Counted from the first letter of the stretch, positions 43,840 through 59,516 are shown. The stretch: 64,000 bases of DNA from the human T2T-CHM13v2.0 reference genome, Homo sapiens (GCF_009914755.1 NC_060928.1), one strand, 5' to 3'. Translations and numbers: made by a program. Notes: generated by a model from the sequence alone, not told the origin.

Positions 43840-44489
43840 GAGATATTTCTTTATAGCAATGCAAGAGCAGCTTAATGCAGACTGTTAAACAAAGAGACAG
43901 CAGGTTTTGATTGTTTTGAAAATTCTCAGTCTATACAGAAAGCAAATGATGCCAACATTAAGAAATGCTTATTGAGCTAAGATTAAATCAGGAAAACAGC
44001 TAGGAAAATATACTTCAGAAAGGTGACTGGTTGTCTTCCAGTTTTGACACTTAATGTTGTGGGTCTCTTGCGGGTTGTTGTTGCTGTTTTGCAGGGTGGG
44101 AGGCGGAATGCAACTTCATTAAACAAAAGAACTCTGGGAATTAACCAAAAGCTTATAGCCATCAAGGAATGTCTATTAAAGAAAATCAGCTGAATCTCAA
44201 AATCAACTGAATCTCAGTAAGTACAGCAAGCTATCATGGCACTTTAAATTGCACTATCCTTCCTTTGCGCTGAAGTTACAGGTTAACAAAAACAAAACAA
44301 AACAAAACAAAACAAAACAAAACATCACTGAAACAAACAATTGCACTATTCTCAGCCTTCCTCCTCAAGACACATGGAGCCCCCATGGCAAACACTGAGA
44401 GTCTTACGATTGTAGACGTATGAGGAAACATCTGTTCAATCATTAGTTGATTGATCACTAAGCTAACTAGGTGAAGATGTCAGTGGGCA

Positions 44490-45811
44490 CAGAATACAAA
44501 GAATACTATCTTCACAGAATTAGTTTAGAAAAGTCACTAAACAAAGAATAACAACGACACAGCAACAACAAACCTTGGGGTGGAGGATAATCTGATTTCC
44601 TGTTATCACGCTGTATTATTTTAAATATTTTGTTTTTAAACAAAACATTATGGGACATGCAAAGACATAAAAACGTACCACACATGGGGGAAAAAGTCCA
44701 CAGAAAATGTCTCTGAGAAAGCCCATATATTGAACTTATTAGACAAAAAAAACTTTAAATCAGACATTTAAAATAGGTTCAAAGAATGAAAGGAAACCAT
44801 GTATAAACAACTAAAGTATGAGGAGAATATTTTACTAAATAGGCAATTATATAAAGTTATAATAAAGAACCAGACAGAAATTGTGATGTTGAAAAGTATA
44901 CAAATTAAAATGAAAAATTCACTAGATATACACTGGTAGATTTGACCTGGCAGAAAAAAGAACCAATCAACTTGAACATAGGCAGGTTGAGATCATTCAG
45001 TCTAAGGACAAAGATGCAGAGGGTAGGTAAACAAGTAGGTGAACAGAGCCTCAGAGACCTGTGGGACACCAATCAAATGTATCAAGATTTGCAAAAGGTA
45101 TTCCCAAAAGGAAAGAAGAGACAAAAGTAGAAAAAATATTTGAAAAAAATGGCAATGCCCCCAATTTGAAGAAAACATTTATTTACACATCTAAGAAGCT
45201 CAACAAATGCCAAGCAGAATAAACTCAGAGATCACATTTAGATGCATCCTAATCAAACCAAAGACAAAGAATAAATTTTGAAAGCAGCAAGAAAAAAAAG
45301 TAAAATAAAGTCATCACAAGTAAGGGACTAAACAAACCTTTAGCTAAACAGACCAAGAAAATAACTAAAGAAGGCCTGAGTTATTTTCTAAAACCAGAAA
45401 TGAAAGAAGATATATCACTACTGATCTTAAAAAAACACAAAAGATTATCAGAAAATACTATAAAAAACAGTACACCAATAAATTAGATAACCTAGATGAA
45501 ATGGCCAAATTCCTAAGAGGACACAAACTACCAAATTGACTCAAGAAGTAACAGAAAATATGAATAAATCTGTAAAAAGCAAAGGGACTGAATTCATAAC
45601 CAAAAATTTACCCCAAAGAGAGGCCCAGGAACAAATGGCTTCAATGGTAACCTCTACCAGATATTTAGAGAGAAATTAATCCCAATCCTTAAAAGCTCTT
45701 TAATAAAATGGAGGAAACACTTTCAACTCTATTTAAGGGTCAATATTATCCTGATATCAAAACTAGAGAAAGCAAAACTATCAAATAAAAAAAACCTATC
45801 CATTAGTAATA
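44490..45811 (+). mobile_element. L1 (old L1M-type) 5' part: ORF1 fragment and ORF2 with an internal deletion
   Basis: cagagcctcagagacctgtgggacacc (ORF1). Jumps near 45330 to aaacctttagcta (ORF2, KPLA), then agataacctagatgaaatg and attatcctgata. Confidence 0.85.
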
Positions 45812-45978
45812 CACATATTAGATATTGCAGGTTCAGTTCCAGATGACTGGAAAAAAGTGAGTATTGCAATAAAGACAGTCACAAGAATTTTTTGCTTTCC
45901 CAGTACCTATAAAAGTTATGTTTACACTATAGCCTATTAAGTGTGTAATAGCACTATGTCTAAAGAAGTACCCATATC

Positions 45979-46700
45979 TGTGGTATAATGCTACATATTG
46001 GTTCTCATCCATGTTTCTTGGATCATAACTTCCACAGCCCTTGTTACAGTCTTTTATTAGGGTGTTGTGTTGGGTGTGTTAGGTCTCAGGAGCAGGCCCC
46101 AGGAAATAGAATCTCTCCTGCCCTCCTTTCACCTGCCCTGAAGTAGGACTCCAATTCCCTGCCTTTCTAACTGTGGGTCTTAAGACCATCCTTAGAGATG
46201 GTCTTGCCCTATACTCTGGAAGACAGAATGCTGATGTCATGAAGCTTCCATAAAAACCCAAGAGGGCTGGGTTTGGGAGGTTCCAGATAGTTGAACATGT
46301 GAAGTGCCCTGGAGGGTGGCACACCCAGGGAGGGCATGGAAGCTCCACACTCCATTCCCCATGCCTTGCCCTGTGCATCTCTTCATCGGTATCCTCTGTA
46401 ATATCCTTCAGAATAAGCCAGTTAAGTGTTTGCTTGAGTTCTATGAGCCATTCCAGCAAATTAATCGAACCCAAAGAGGGGGTCATGGAACCCCAACTTG
46501 AAGCCAGTCACCCTGTGAGATGTAACACTATCTCCAGGTAGATAGTATCAGAATTGAATTAGAGGGCACCCAGGTAGTAAGCACTGCTTGGTATGTGGGG
46601 AAAACCATCCAGGCCTCTGGTCACAGAAGTCTTTTTCTGCATTATGGTGGTATGGAAATAGAGGAAAAAACGCAGACATTGACAGAGTTTTTCCTGACCA
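45979..46700. mobile_element. MER21-like ERV LTR inside Tigger1
   Basis: cccagggagggcatggaagctccacac...ttccagcaaattaatcgaaccc...tctccaggtagatagtatcagaattgaatt. Confidence 0.7.
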
Positions 46701-47348
46701 AATACCTTAATTTAAGAATACCTTATTGTTAAAAATTTCTAACAATCATCTCAACCTTCAGCAAGTGGTAATCTTTTTGCTGGTGGAGGGCTTTGCCTCA
46801 ATGTTGACACCTGCTGAATGCTCAGGGTGATGGCTGCTGAAGGGTGGGGTGGCTGTGGCAATTTCTTACATTAAGACAACAATGAAATTTGCCCACTGAT
46901 TGATTCTGCTTTCAGGAAACATTCCTCTGTAGCATGTGATGCTATTTGATGGCATTTTACCCCAAGTAGAACTTCTTTCAAAATTGGAGTTAATCCTCTC
47001 AAACCCTGCCACTCCTTTATCAACTAAGTTTATGCGATATTCTAAATCCTTTGGTGTCATTTCAACAATGCTCACAGCATCTTTGCCAGAAGTAAATTCC
47101 CTCTCAGGAAAGCACTTTCTCTGCTCATCCATAAAAAGCAACTCTTCATCTGTTAAAGTTTAAACATGAGATTGCAGCAATTCAGTCACATCTTCAGGCT
47201 CTACTTCTCTTTCTAGTTCTCTTGCTGTTTCTACCACATCTGCAGCTGCTTCCTCTTGAAGTCCTCAATGTTATCTATGAGGGTTGGAATCAACTTTTTC
47301 CAAATCAACTTCTTCTGTTAATTCTGATATTCTGACTTCCTCCCATGA

Positions 47349-47673
<325 letters not shown>

Positions 47674-49708
47674 GAATCAGTAATGTTCTTAATGGCATTT
47701 AGTGAATCCTTTCTAGAAGCTTTTCAATTTACCTTGTCCAGATCTATCAGAGGAATCACTATCCATGGCAGCTACAGCCTTAAAAAATGTATTTCTTTTA
47801 TAATAAAACTTGAAAGTAGAAATTACTCCTTGATCCATGGGCTACAGAATAGATGTTCTTGTTTTCAGGGCATGAAAACAACATTAGTATCCTTGTATAT
47901 CTCCATCAGAGCTCTTAGGTAATCAAGTGCATTTTCAGTGAGCTATAATATTTTGAAAGGAATTCTTTCTTCTGAGTGGTAGGTCTCAACAATGGATGTG
48001 ATGGTTAATATTCAACTTGACTGGAATGAAGGATGTAAAGTATTGTTCCTGGTTGTGTCTGGGAGGGTGTTGCAAAGGAGATTAACATTTGAGTCAGTGG
48101 ACTAGGAGAGGAAGACCCACCCTCAGTCTGGGTGGGCACCATATAATCAGCTGCCAGTTAGGCTAGGATAAAAGCAGGTAGCGGAATGTGGAAAAATTAG
48201 TCTGGCTAAGTCTTCTGGCCTCCATCCTTCTCTCGCGCTGGATGCTTCCTGCCCTCGAACATCAAACTCCCAAGTTCTTCAGCTTTTGGACTCTTGGACC
48301 TACACCAGTGGTTTGACAGGGGCTCTCAGGCTTCTGACCACAGACTGAAGGCTGCACTGTCGGCTTCCCTACTTTTGAGGTTTTGGGACTCAGGCTGGCT
48401 TCCTTACTCTGCAGCTTGCAGACAGCCTATTGTGGGACTTCAACTTGTGATTGTGTGAGTCAATACTCTTCAATAAACTCCCTTTCATATATACATCTAT
48501 CCTATTAGTCCTGTCCTGACTAATACAGATTTTGGTACCAGGAGTGGTTCTAGAGGAATAGAACTTTAAAGATGGAGTTTTTAAGTTGGTTTTGGGGTTT
48601 CTGGAATTGGCTGCTTAATATGATTAGACCCAAAAATGTTAAGGACTCTACTTCTAAAAGTATGGAGAACACTGATAGTCCTTGGCATGAACTGTTTAAA
48701 GAGTTAGGTAAAATAAATGCATTTGATACTCCTGATTCACTGCTTGTGAGAGGCAAGTTTAGTGACTCTATACATAATACATTTGACCATATGTAAAGAA
48801 CCAAGGAATATAATGAAGTCGGTTGGTTGCTCCTAAGTTCACTAGAGAAAGTGATGAAAGAAAACTATGAACTCAGGGATTCTATCTCCCGGCTCAAGAG
48901 GAACATACTGAGTCTCAATCTTCTAAGATTGCCCTGAGTGACAGTTTTATCTCCTGTCAAGAAAGAGCTGAAATTGTGGAAAATCAGACACAAGCTCTTA
49001 TCATGCGAGTGGCTGACCTTCAACAAAAGGTGCACACACAGCCTCGCAAGGTATCTAGTGTTAAAGTGAGGGCAGTGACTGTAAAAGAATGGGGCCTTGC
49101 AAATTGGAATGGGGACTTGTGGGAGAAACCTGATGAGGCTGGGAACACTGAGCTCCTAAATTCTGATGAGCTTTTAGTCAGAGGAAACAGCCTCCCCACT
49201 CCCAGTGGTGTCAACATCCCCAACACATCCCTTCCCCAACCTGGGCAGCCATCAGCATTTCCACCTTTGTCTGAGGAGATTAATCGTGCACTGCCTGAGG
49301 CAAAAGTGATGGCCCCCCCAAGGCAGCTTCCAGGAAAGACAGTGACGATTCTCCTCAGGACCCAACCCCAACACCCCTGTTTGCTTCTAGACCTATAACT
49401 AAAGTCCCGGCAGGCCCCTAGAGGTGAAGTTCAAAGTGTGATCCATGATGAGGTGTGCTACACTCCAAAATAACTGCTTGAGTTTTCTAACTTATATAAG
49501 CAGAAATCTGGAGAACAGGCATGGAAATGAAAATATTAAGGGTGTGAGATAATGGTGGAAGAAACATAAAGTTGGATCAGGCTGAATTTATGGATTTAGG
49601 CTCACTAAGCAGGAATTCTGCATTTAATGTTGCAGCTTGGGGAGTTAAAAAAGGTTCTAATAGTTTATTTGCTTGGTTAGCTGAAATATGGATTAAATAT
49701 GGGCTCAA

Positions 49709-50104
<396 letters not shown>

Positions 50105-51934
50105 TTAGAGTAAATTAGTCACTTGAGACCCACTCATCCCAGCTGGGAGGGTCCAGAAGACATACTCTTGACCAATACTTTGCAAAATAGATTTACAAGG
50201 GCAGCACTGCGTCTTTCCCGAATTTCTTTGTCACCAATTTCCCAATCATGATTCTTCCAAGTCCATGCAGTGTGGGCTTTCCCTTCCAAGTCTAGGAAGG
50301 GAAATCTTCCTAGTGGGCAGAACTTCGAGCAGTGCAACTCGTTGTGCACTTTTCTTTGAAGGAGAAATGGCCAGACGTGTGATTATATACCGATTCACGG
50401 GCTGTAGCCAATGTTTTGGCTAGATGGTCATGGACTTGGAAGAATCATGATTGGGAAATTGGTGACAAAGAAATTTGGGAAAGATGTTGTGTGGCTGGAC
50501 CTCTCTGAGTGCTCAAAAACTGTGAAAATATTTATATCTCATCTGAGTGCTCACCAATGGGTGACCTCAGCAGAGAAGGATTTTAGTAATCAAGTGGATA
50601 GGATGACTTCTTCTGTGGACACCACTCAGCCTCTTTCCTCAGCCACCCATGTCATCGCCCAATGGGCCCACGAACAAAGTGACCATGGTGGCAGGGATGG
50701 AGGTTACACATGGGTTTAGCAACATGGACTTCCAATCACCAAGGCTGACCTGGCTACGGCCACTGCTGAGAGCCCAATTTGCCAGAAGCCGGGACCAACA
50801 CTGAGCCCTCAATATGGCACTATTCCTCGGGGTGATCAGCCAGCTACTTGGTGGAAGGTTGATTATACTGGACCTCTTCCATCATGGAAAGGGCAACAGT
50901 TTGTCCTCACTGGAATAGACACTTACTCCAGATACAGGTCTGCCTATCCTGCACGCAATGCTTCTGCCAAGACTACATTCATGGACTCATGGAACGTCTT
51001 ATTTACCATCATGGTATTCCACATAGCATTGCCTCTAACCAAGGCACTCACTTTATAGCTAAAGAAGTGAAGCAGTGGGCTCATGCTCATGGAATTCACT
51101 GGTCTTACCATGTTCCCCATCATCATGAAGTAGCTGGATTGATAGAATGGTAGAATGGCCTTTTGAAGTCACAATTACAACTCCAACTAGATGACCATAC
51201 TTTGCGGGGCTAGGGCGAAGTTCTCCAGAAGGCTGTGCATGCTCTGAATCAGCATTCAGTATATGGTACTGTTTCTCCCATAGCCAGGATTCACGGGTCC
51301 AGGAGTCAAGGGGTGGAAGTTGAAATGGCACCACTCACCATCACCCCTAGTGATCCACTAGCAAAATTCTTGCTTCCTGTTCCTGTAACATTATGTTCTG
51401 CTGGCCTAGAGATGTTAGTTCCAGAGGGAGGAATGCTGCCACCAGGAGACACAATTATTCCATGAAACTGGAAGTTAAGATTGCCACCTGGCTACTTTGG
51501 GATCCCCCTACCTCTCAGCCAACAGGCTAAGAAGGGAGTTACAGTGTTGGCTGGGGTGACTGACCCAGACAAACTATGAAGAAGAAATTAGTCTACTGCT
51601 CCACAGTGGAGGTAAGGAAGAGTATGTGTGGAATACAGGGGATCCCTTAAGACATCTCTTAGTATTACCATGCCCTGTGATTAAGGTCAATGGGAAACTA
51701 CAGAAGCCCAATCCAGGCAGGATTACAAATGGCCCAGACCCTTTGGGAATGAAGCCTTAGGTCACTCCATCGGGTAAAAACCCACAGCCCACTGAGGTGC
51801 CTGCTGAAGGGAAAGGGGATACAGAAGGGGTAGTAGAAGGTAGTAATTAATACCAGCCAGGACCACGTGACCAGTTGCAGAAATGAGGACTTTGTCATAA
51901 GCATTTCCTCCTCAATTTGTTAAGAACATGTTGT

Positions 51935-52280
<346 letters not shown>

Positions 52281-54325
52281 TCATTTCCTTTCTTTTCCCT
52301 TTATCGTGTGTCATAAGATTTACTGACCTAATATCGGCATTGAAGTGCTGTTAACTTTATGTAATAGCATTTGGATTGGGGACTGGTGCACTGTATGAAG
52401 GATAGCTGTATTATGTTAGGCATAATTATTACATTACTGTCTTTATTTGAATATTATGTGTGATTTCAGATGTGTATGGGCTCAAGTTGACAAGGGATGG
52501 ACTTGTGATGGTTAATACTGAGTGTCAACTTGATGAGATTGAAGGATGCAAAGTATTGTTCTTGAGTGTGTCTGTGAGGGTGTTGCCAAAGGGGATTAAC
52601 ATTTGAGTCAGTGGACTAGGAGAGGTAGATCCACCCTCAATCTTGGTGGGCACCATATAATCAGCTGCCAGCTCGGCTACGATAAAAGCAGGCAGCGGAA
52701 TGTGGAAAAATTAGTCTGGCTAAGTCTTCTCGCCTTCCTCTTTCTCCTGTGCTGGAAGCTTCCTGCCCTCGAATGTCAAACTCCAAGTTCTTCAGCTTTT
52801 CGACTCTTGGACCTACACCAATGGTTTGACAGGGGCTCTCAGGCCTCTGGCCACAGACTGAACGCAGCACTGGTGGCTTCCCTAACTTTTGAGGTTCTGA
52901 GATTCAGACTCCTTTTCCCTACTTTTGAGGTTCTGGGATTCTGGCTTCCTTGCTCCTCAGCTTGCAGACAGCCTATTATGGGACTTCACCTTGTGATCAT
53001 GTGAGTCAATACTCCTTAATAAACTCCTTTTCATATACACATCTATCATATTAGTCCTGTCCTTTTAGTGAACGCTAATACAGTGGGCTTAAAATATTCA
53101 GTAAACCATTCTGTAAACAGATGTGTTGTCATCCAGGCTTTGTTGTTCTACAAATAGAGCACAGGCAGAGGATATTTAGTGTAATCCTTACAGGCCCTAG
53201 AATTTTTGGCATGGTAAATGAGCACTGGCTTCAAGTTAAAGCCATAGTTGCATTAGGCCATAACCAGAGAGTAAGCCTGTCCTTTGAAGCTTTGAAGCCA
53301 GGCATTGACTTTGCTCTAGCTATGAAAGCCCTAGACGGCGTCTTCTTTTAACAGAAGACTGTTTCATGTATTAATACATTGAAAATTTCTTGTTTGGTAC
53401 AGCCACCTTCATCAAAGACCTTAGCTAGACCTTCTGGATAGCCTGCTGCAGCTTCCGTATCAGCACTTGCTGCTTCACCTTGCAGTTTCATGTAATGGAG
53501 ACAGCTTTCTTTAAATCTCATGAACCAATCTCTGCTAGCTTCCAACTTCTCTCCTGAAGCTTCCTCTCAGCTGTCTCGGCCTCCAACGAATTAAAGAGAC
53601 TTAGGCCCTTGCTCTAGTTTAGGTTTTGTCTTAACGGAATGTCATGGCCGGTTTGGTCTTCTACCCAAACCACTCAAACTTTCTCCCTATCAGCAATAAG
53701 CCTGTTTTGCTTTATTATTCATGTATTCACCGGATTAGCACTTTTAATTTTCTTCAAGAACTTTTCCTTTACATACACAAGGTGATGCATTGTGCAGAAA
53801 CTGTTCGATGCAATAGGAGTAGCTTTTGGCCTATCCTGACTTTTGATATGTCTTTCTCACTAAGCTTAGTCATTTATAGCTTTTGATTTAAAATAAGAGG
53901 CATATGACTCTTCCTCTCACTTAAATACCCAGAGGCCATTGTAGGGTTATTAACAGGCCTAACTTCAATACTGTTGCATCTCAGGGAAGAAGACAGCCTG
54001 AGATGGGAAAATGACTGGTCAGTGGAACTGTCAGAACACACACATTTCATCTTCTCATATGGGAGTGGTTCGTGGTGCTCCAAAATAATTACAATCATAA
54101 CATCAAGGATCACCATAATAGATATAATAGTAATACTAAAAAAGTTTGAAATATTGTGAGAATTACTAAAATGTGACACAGAGACATGAAGCGAGCACGT
54201 TATAAGGAAAACGGCGCAAACAGACTTGTTCAATGTACGGCTGCTACGCACCTTCAATTTGTAAAAAAATGCAAAATCTACAAAGCACAATAAAGCAAAG
54301 CATAATAAAATAAGGTTTGCCCCTC

Positions 54326-56550
54326 TAGACTCAGTACTCAATAAAATGCTATCAAAGAGAATCTAGTAACACATTAAAAAGAATTATACACCACGAACAA
54401 GAAGGATTTATGTCAAGAATTCCAGGTTGGTTTAACATATAAAAATCAGTCCACCCTGGCTGGGCATAGTAGCTCAAGCCTGTAATCCCAGCACTTTGGG
54501 ATGGTAAGGTGGGTGGATCACTTGAGCCCAGGAGTTTGAGATCAGCCTGGGCAGTATGGTAAAACACCGTCTCTACAAAAAATACAAAAATTTAGCCAGG
54601 CATTAGTGATGGCTGGTGCCTGTGGTCCTAGCTACTTGAGAAACTGAGGTGGGAGGATCACTTTAGCCCAGGCAGGCAAGGCTGCAATGAACCATGGCTG
54701 CACCACTGCCACCCCAGCCTGGGTGACAAAGCAAGAGCCTGTCTCAAAATAAAAACAAAACAATCAATTCATATAATTCAGCATGTTAACAAACATATTA
54801 ACAGAATACAGAACAAAAGCTACATAATCTCCATACATGTAGAGAAAGTCCTTGACAAAATATAATTTCCTTCCATGGCAAAAACAGTGAACAAGCTAGG
54901 AACAGAAGAAAATGTCCTTAATCTCATTAAGGGTATCTGTAAAAAATCCACTGGAAACATGGTACTTAATGGTGAAAAGCTAAAAGCTTTCCCCCAGAAT
55001 GCTTTGTCAGGAACAAAACAAGGATATATGCTCTTATCACTTCGACACTGTACTGGAGTGTTCCAGCCAAGGCAATAAAGCAAGAAAAATAAATAAGACA
55101 TCTGGATTGGCAAGGAAGAAGCAAAACTCTCTTTTTATAGAAATAATATAATCTTGTGATATATAAATTTAATTTAGATTACCATTGTATAATCTTGTAT
55201 ATTTGCATATAATCTTATATACATAAATTTCTAAGGAATCTGTATACAAACAAACATTAAGAACTAATAGTCAAGTTCACAAGGTTACAGGATACCAAAT
55301 CAATATACAAAAATGAATTTTATTTCTAACCAATAGCACAAAACAATTCCAAAATGTAATTTTTAAAAAATCACATTTACTACAGCATCACAAATAAAAT
55401 ACTTACAAAAAATAAACTTTAAAAGGCAGAAGAGTTGTACACCGAAAACTGGAAACATAATAAAGACTTAAAATAATAGGAACATGTCCTCTGTTCACAG
55501 ATTGAAGAACTTAATATTCTTAAGATGGTAATACTCCCCAATTTTTATCAACAGGTTCAACAGAATCCCTATCTAAATCCCAGTTGGTAGTTTTATAGAA
55601 ACTGGCAAGCTGATCCTAAAATTCACATGAAAATGCAAGGGACCCCGAATAGCCAAAATAATCTCGAAAGAGAACAAAATCGGAGGATTAGCATTTCCTA
55701 ATTTCAAAGCTTACTATAAATACAATAGTCAAGACTAGGTGTTACTAGATAGACATGTAGAACAATGGAAAAGAATCGAGTCCAAACATAAACGCACTCA
55801 TATACAGTTAATTTATTTTTGATGAGTACTAAAACAATTCAATGGGTGAAAGAATAATCTTTTCAACAAATTATGCTGGGATGACTGGATATTTCAATGC
55901 AAAATATGAAGCTGGGCCTCTACCCCACACTATATACAAACATTAACCCAAAATGGATCAAAGATCCAAATATAGGAGACCAAATTATAAAACTCTTAGA
56001 AGACATATGTGTAAATTTTCATGACCTTGGATTAGGCTATGATTTCTTAGATCTGACACTAAAAGCACAAACAACAAGAACAGAATGGATAAACTGAACT
56101 TCATGAAAATTAAAAATTTTAAGCTTCAAAGGACACTACCAAGAAACAAAGACAGTCCACACAATGGGAAAAAAATATTTCTAAACCATGTCTTATAAGG
56201 GTCCAATATCCACCATACATGAAGAACTCCTACAATTCAATAATAAAGACATGCCAAATTTGAAAAATGGGCAAATGATCTGAACAGACATTTCTACAAA
56301 GAAGATGTTACTGATGGCTTATAAGTACATGACAAGATGCTTAGCATGATTAGTCCTTAGGAAAATGAAAATCAAAACAATGAGATACTATTTCATACCC
56401 AGTAAGACTGTTGTAATAAAAAAAATACAGATAATAACAAGTATTGTGGAGGATGTGGAAAAACTGGAACCCTCATACAATGTTGGTGGCAATGCAAAAT
56501 GCTATAGCCACTTTGGAAAACAGATTAGCTTTTCCTCAAAAATGTAAATA
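54326..56550 (+). mobile_element. Continuation of the L1 ORF2 (RT and C-terminal remnants)
   Basis: Degenerate HIKKNYTP / PGWFNI, LNGEKLKAFP and KWIKDPN, all L1 ORF2-like; joins the 45811 breakpoint. Confidence 0.88.
54457..54760 (+). mobile_element. Alu (AluJ-like) inside L1
   Basis: gatcacttgagcccaggagtttgag and other AluJ-type diagnostic positions. Confidence 0.9.
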
Positions 56551-56552
56551 TA

Positions 56553-56670
56553 AGCCAGAGGAAGTGGTAGAATGCCTGTAGCCCCAGCTACTCAGGAGGC
56601 TGAGAACCGAAGACTGCTTGAGCCCAGATGTTTGAGTCCAGCCTGGGCAACATAGTGAGACTCCGTTTCC
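56553..56670 (+). mobile_element. Alu monomer (FLAM/FAM-like)
   Basis: cctgtagccccagctactcaggaggctgag...cagcctgggcaacatagtgagac. Confidence 0.8.
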
Positions 56671-56689
56671 ACACACAAACACGAAGTAG

Positions 56690-58600
56690 AGTTTTCTACT
56701 GTTTAATTGCACAAGCCCAAAACTTCAATACAGTGTTAAATAGTAGAAGAGACACAGGAGAATAATGTCTTGTTCCAATTTTAGTTGGAATGCTGCCAGT
56801 GTTTCCACATTAAGTATTATGCTGGATTTAAACCTAGGATATATGTGTTCTACATTTAAAAAATACATCAATTCCTGTTCTACTGAGTATTCATTTTTTG
56901 TTCCTCTTTAGATTAACAAGTGAATAATATCAAAGGATTTCCTAAAATTGAACCACTTTTGCATTAATGGAATAAATGTCATGACTGTCATGTATCATTT
57001 TCTTAATGTAGCATAGGATTACGTTTGACGCTTTTGTATTGACATACGTGAGATTGTTCTGTAGTGGTATGTATGATTAGTCCTTAGGAAAATGAAAATC
57101 AAAACAATGAGATACTATTTCACGGATACACACACAGTGTGTGACTGTCACATGATTTTTATCTAGATTAATACCATACTCAAAAGTAATTTGAAAACTG
57201 TCTTTTTCTATGTTCTGGAAAAATGTATAGAGCATTGAGATGATCTGATCTTAGAAGTTTTGGTAAAACATTCCTTTGAAACCTTCTGAGCTTGGTGCTT
57301 TTACTGAGCTTTCTTGATACCTTTTGCTATTTCTTCTGAAAAATTTCATCTGTTTAACTTTTCTATTTCTTCTGGGACAATTTTAACAAACTGGATTTTC
57401 CAAAGAAATAATCCATTTCACTTAAGTTGTGCAAAATAAAATCTTATCATTTTTAAAATTCTCTGTTTCAATAGTTGTTATTCTCCCCTTGTCATGTCTT
57501 GCATTTTAATACTTTCTCTCTATTACCCCCTCTCCTCCTCCCACCTCTACCACCACCAATTAGGTTAACTAGTGGTCTATTTTGTTGACTTTTTCAAAGA
57601 ATCAGTATTTTTTTCTATTTACTTTTTAGTCCTATTGTTTTTGTCTTCAACCTCATTAATTTTTTGCTTTAATCTTTATTATTTCCTTCCTTGTTCTTTA
57701 TTCGGATTTACTTTGCGATTTTTCTTAGCTTTTTTTGATGAAAATGTAATTTATTTTTCTTTAATTTATGGCTGTAAATACATAAGGCTGTTGAATCTTT
57801 TTCTAATCTGTTTTAATTATATCCCCTAGATTCTTATATGTAGTTTTTTTGTCATTATCAATATTTTGAAGAAATTCTGCAACTTTGCTTTCTTCACTAT
57901 ACACCTAAAGTTGTTTAAAATAGTATTAATACTGCAGGTAAATAAGACTTTTAAAATGTTTTGTTATTGATGTCCATCTTTATTGCATTATAATGAAAAA
58001 ATGCTTTTTGTATTGTTTCTACTTTATGGAACTTAGGATTTCTTTTTGACTTAATATATAAAAATTTTTTGTGAATGTTCCATGTATACTTGGGAAGAAA
58101 ATATATTTTATGTTATTTGAGAATTGAGTTCAATATATATTCATAAAATATCCCTTGCTGTGCTTTTAGGTCTTTTATATCCTTACTTACTTTAGATTCA
58201 CTTCACATATCTTGGACTAAAAGTGATGGGTTAATTCTGTGTATTTGTCCTTCTGAATTCTCTGTAGTTTCTGTTTAGGAGGATGGTTGCTAATGTTATC
58301 TGGTACACAGATACTAGTAAATGTTACATCCACACACATTATGAATTACGGTCTTTAACACTATGAAGTAGCCCTTTCCCCCGCTAATTTCTACCCTGGG
58401 TAACATTAGAATTAATCTTGGCTTTCTTTATTGTTTTCAATTTGCCGTCCATACTTTTTCTCACTCCTTTTAGTCTTTTAAAATCATTTTATTTTAGGCA
58501 TGTCTTGTCAATATATACACCTCAAACCTGAGTCTTGCTTCATGAACCATTCTGGACATCTGTTTAACAGGGGAGTTCAATGTTTTCACATGTCCTACAA
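56690..58600 (-). mobile_element. Old, highly diverged L1 ORF2 fragment
   Basis: T-rich reverse-complement L1 ORF2-like motifs (ttcaatacagtgttaaatagtag, gtgaatgttccatgtatacttg). Confidence 0.7.
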
Positions 58601-58974
58601 TGACTCATATATTAGTGTCAGCTTACAGATTTAAGTTTTATTTTTCTCTCTTCCTGTGGTCCATTTTCTTTGCTTTGTAAAATTTTTCAGTATTTAAGAG
58701 AGTTTGTCTGTTTGTTAATTACCAGTTTTACCTACTACTTCTTATGATGCCATTAGTCCCCCTTTCCCTTAGTTAGGCTGTTTGGTATTCAGGCTTCAAA
58801 TGATATCTTTGATTCCTAAATAATACATAAGTGACACTCAGTGAATTTTTCCTACTTCATTTCCCACTCTTCCCAACCTTCACTCTGCTTTAGCCTTAAA
58901 TAAAATATGGCCAATGCTCACAATCACTCCTTTTGCCATTTATTCATTGCAAGAAATGTGCCATAGAGTACGAG

Positions 58975-59180
58975 GCTGAGCAAGCAGGGGGACATACGTG
59001 GCCCATCATCACTTTTTGTAGATAAAGTTTTATTGAAACACACCCATACTAATTCATTAATGTACTGTCTATGGATATTTTTGTTATAATGGCAAATATG
59101 GTGAATTGCAACAGAGACCATATTGCCTGCAAAATCTCCAATATTTATTCTCTGGGTCCTTCACAGAAAATGTTTGCTGA
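58975..59180. mobile_element. MER58A-like hAT MITE
   Basis: ataaagttttattgaaacacacccatactaattcatt...ttgcaacagagaccata...cacagaaaatgtttgctgac. Confidence 0.8.
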
Positions 59181-59516
59181 CTACAGCTCCAGTAGATTAT
59201 TCTAGCAGTGCTTTAAATACAGTATTTCTTGAGTTCTTACACATTTAATTATGTTTTGACCATCTTCATACATGAAATAGAACTTGACTGAACACAAAAG
59301 TTTCACTTATTCTTTAACTTCTTTGAAAATGTTGCTCTGGGGCTGTCTTTCTTTAAATGTTCTTGTTGAGAATTTTGATTTACCTGATTTTTATCTTTGT
59401 GACTTAGTATTTTTGTCTTGAGGTCCATTGGGTTTTTCCTTTTTTAAAATTATCATACTTTTACCAGGATGTCTCAAAATTTGTTATTCTGTGTCAATAA
59501 TCCCAGGTATGTAGTG

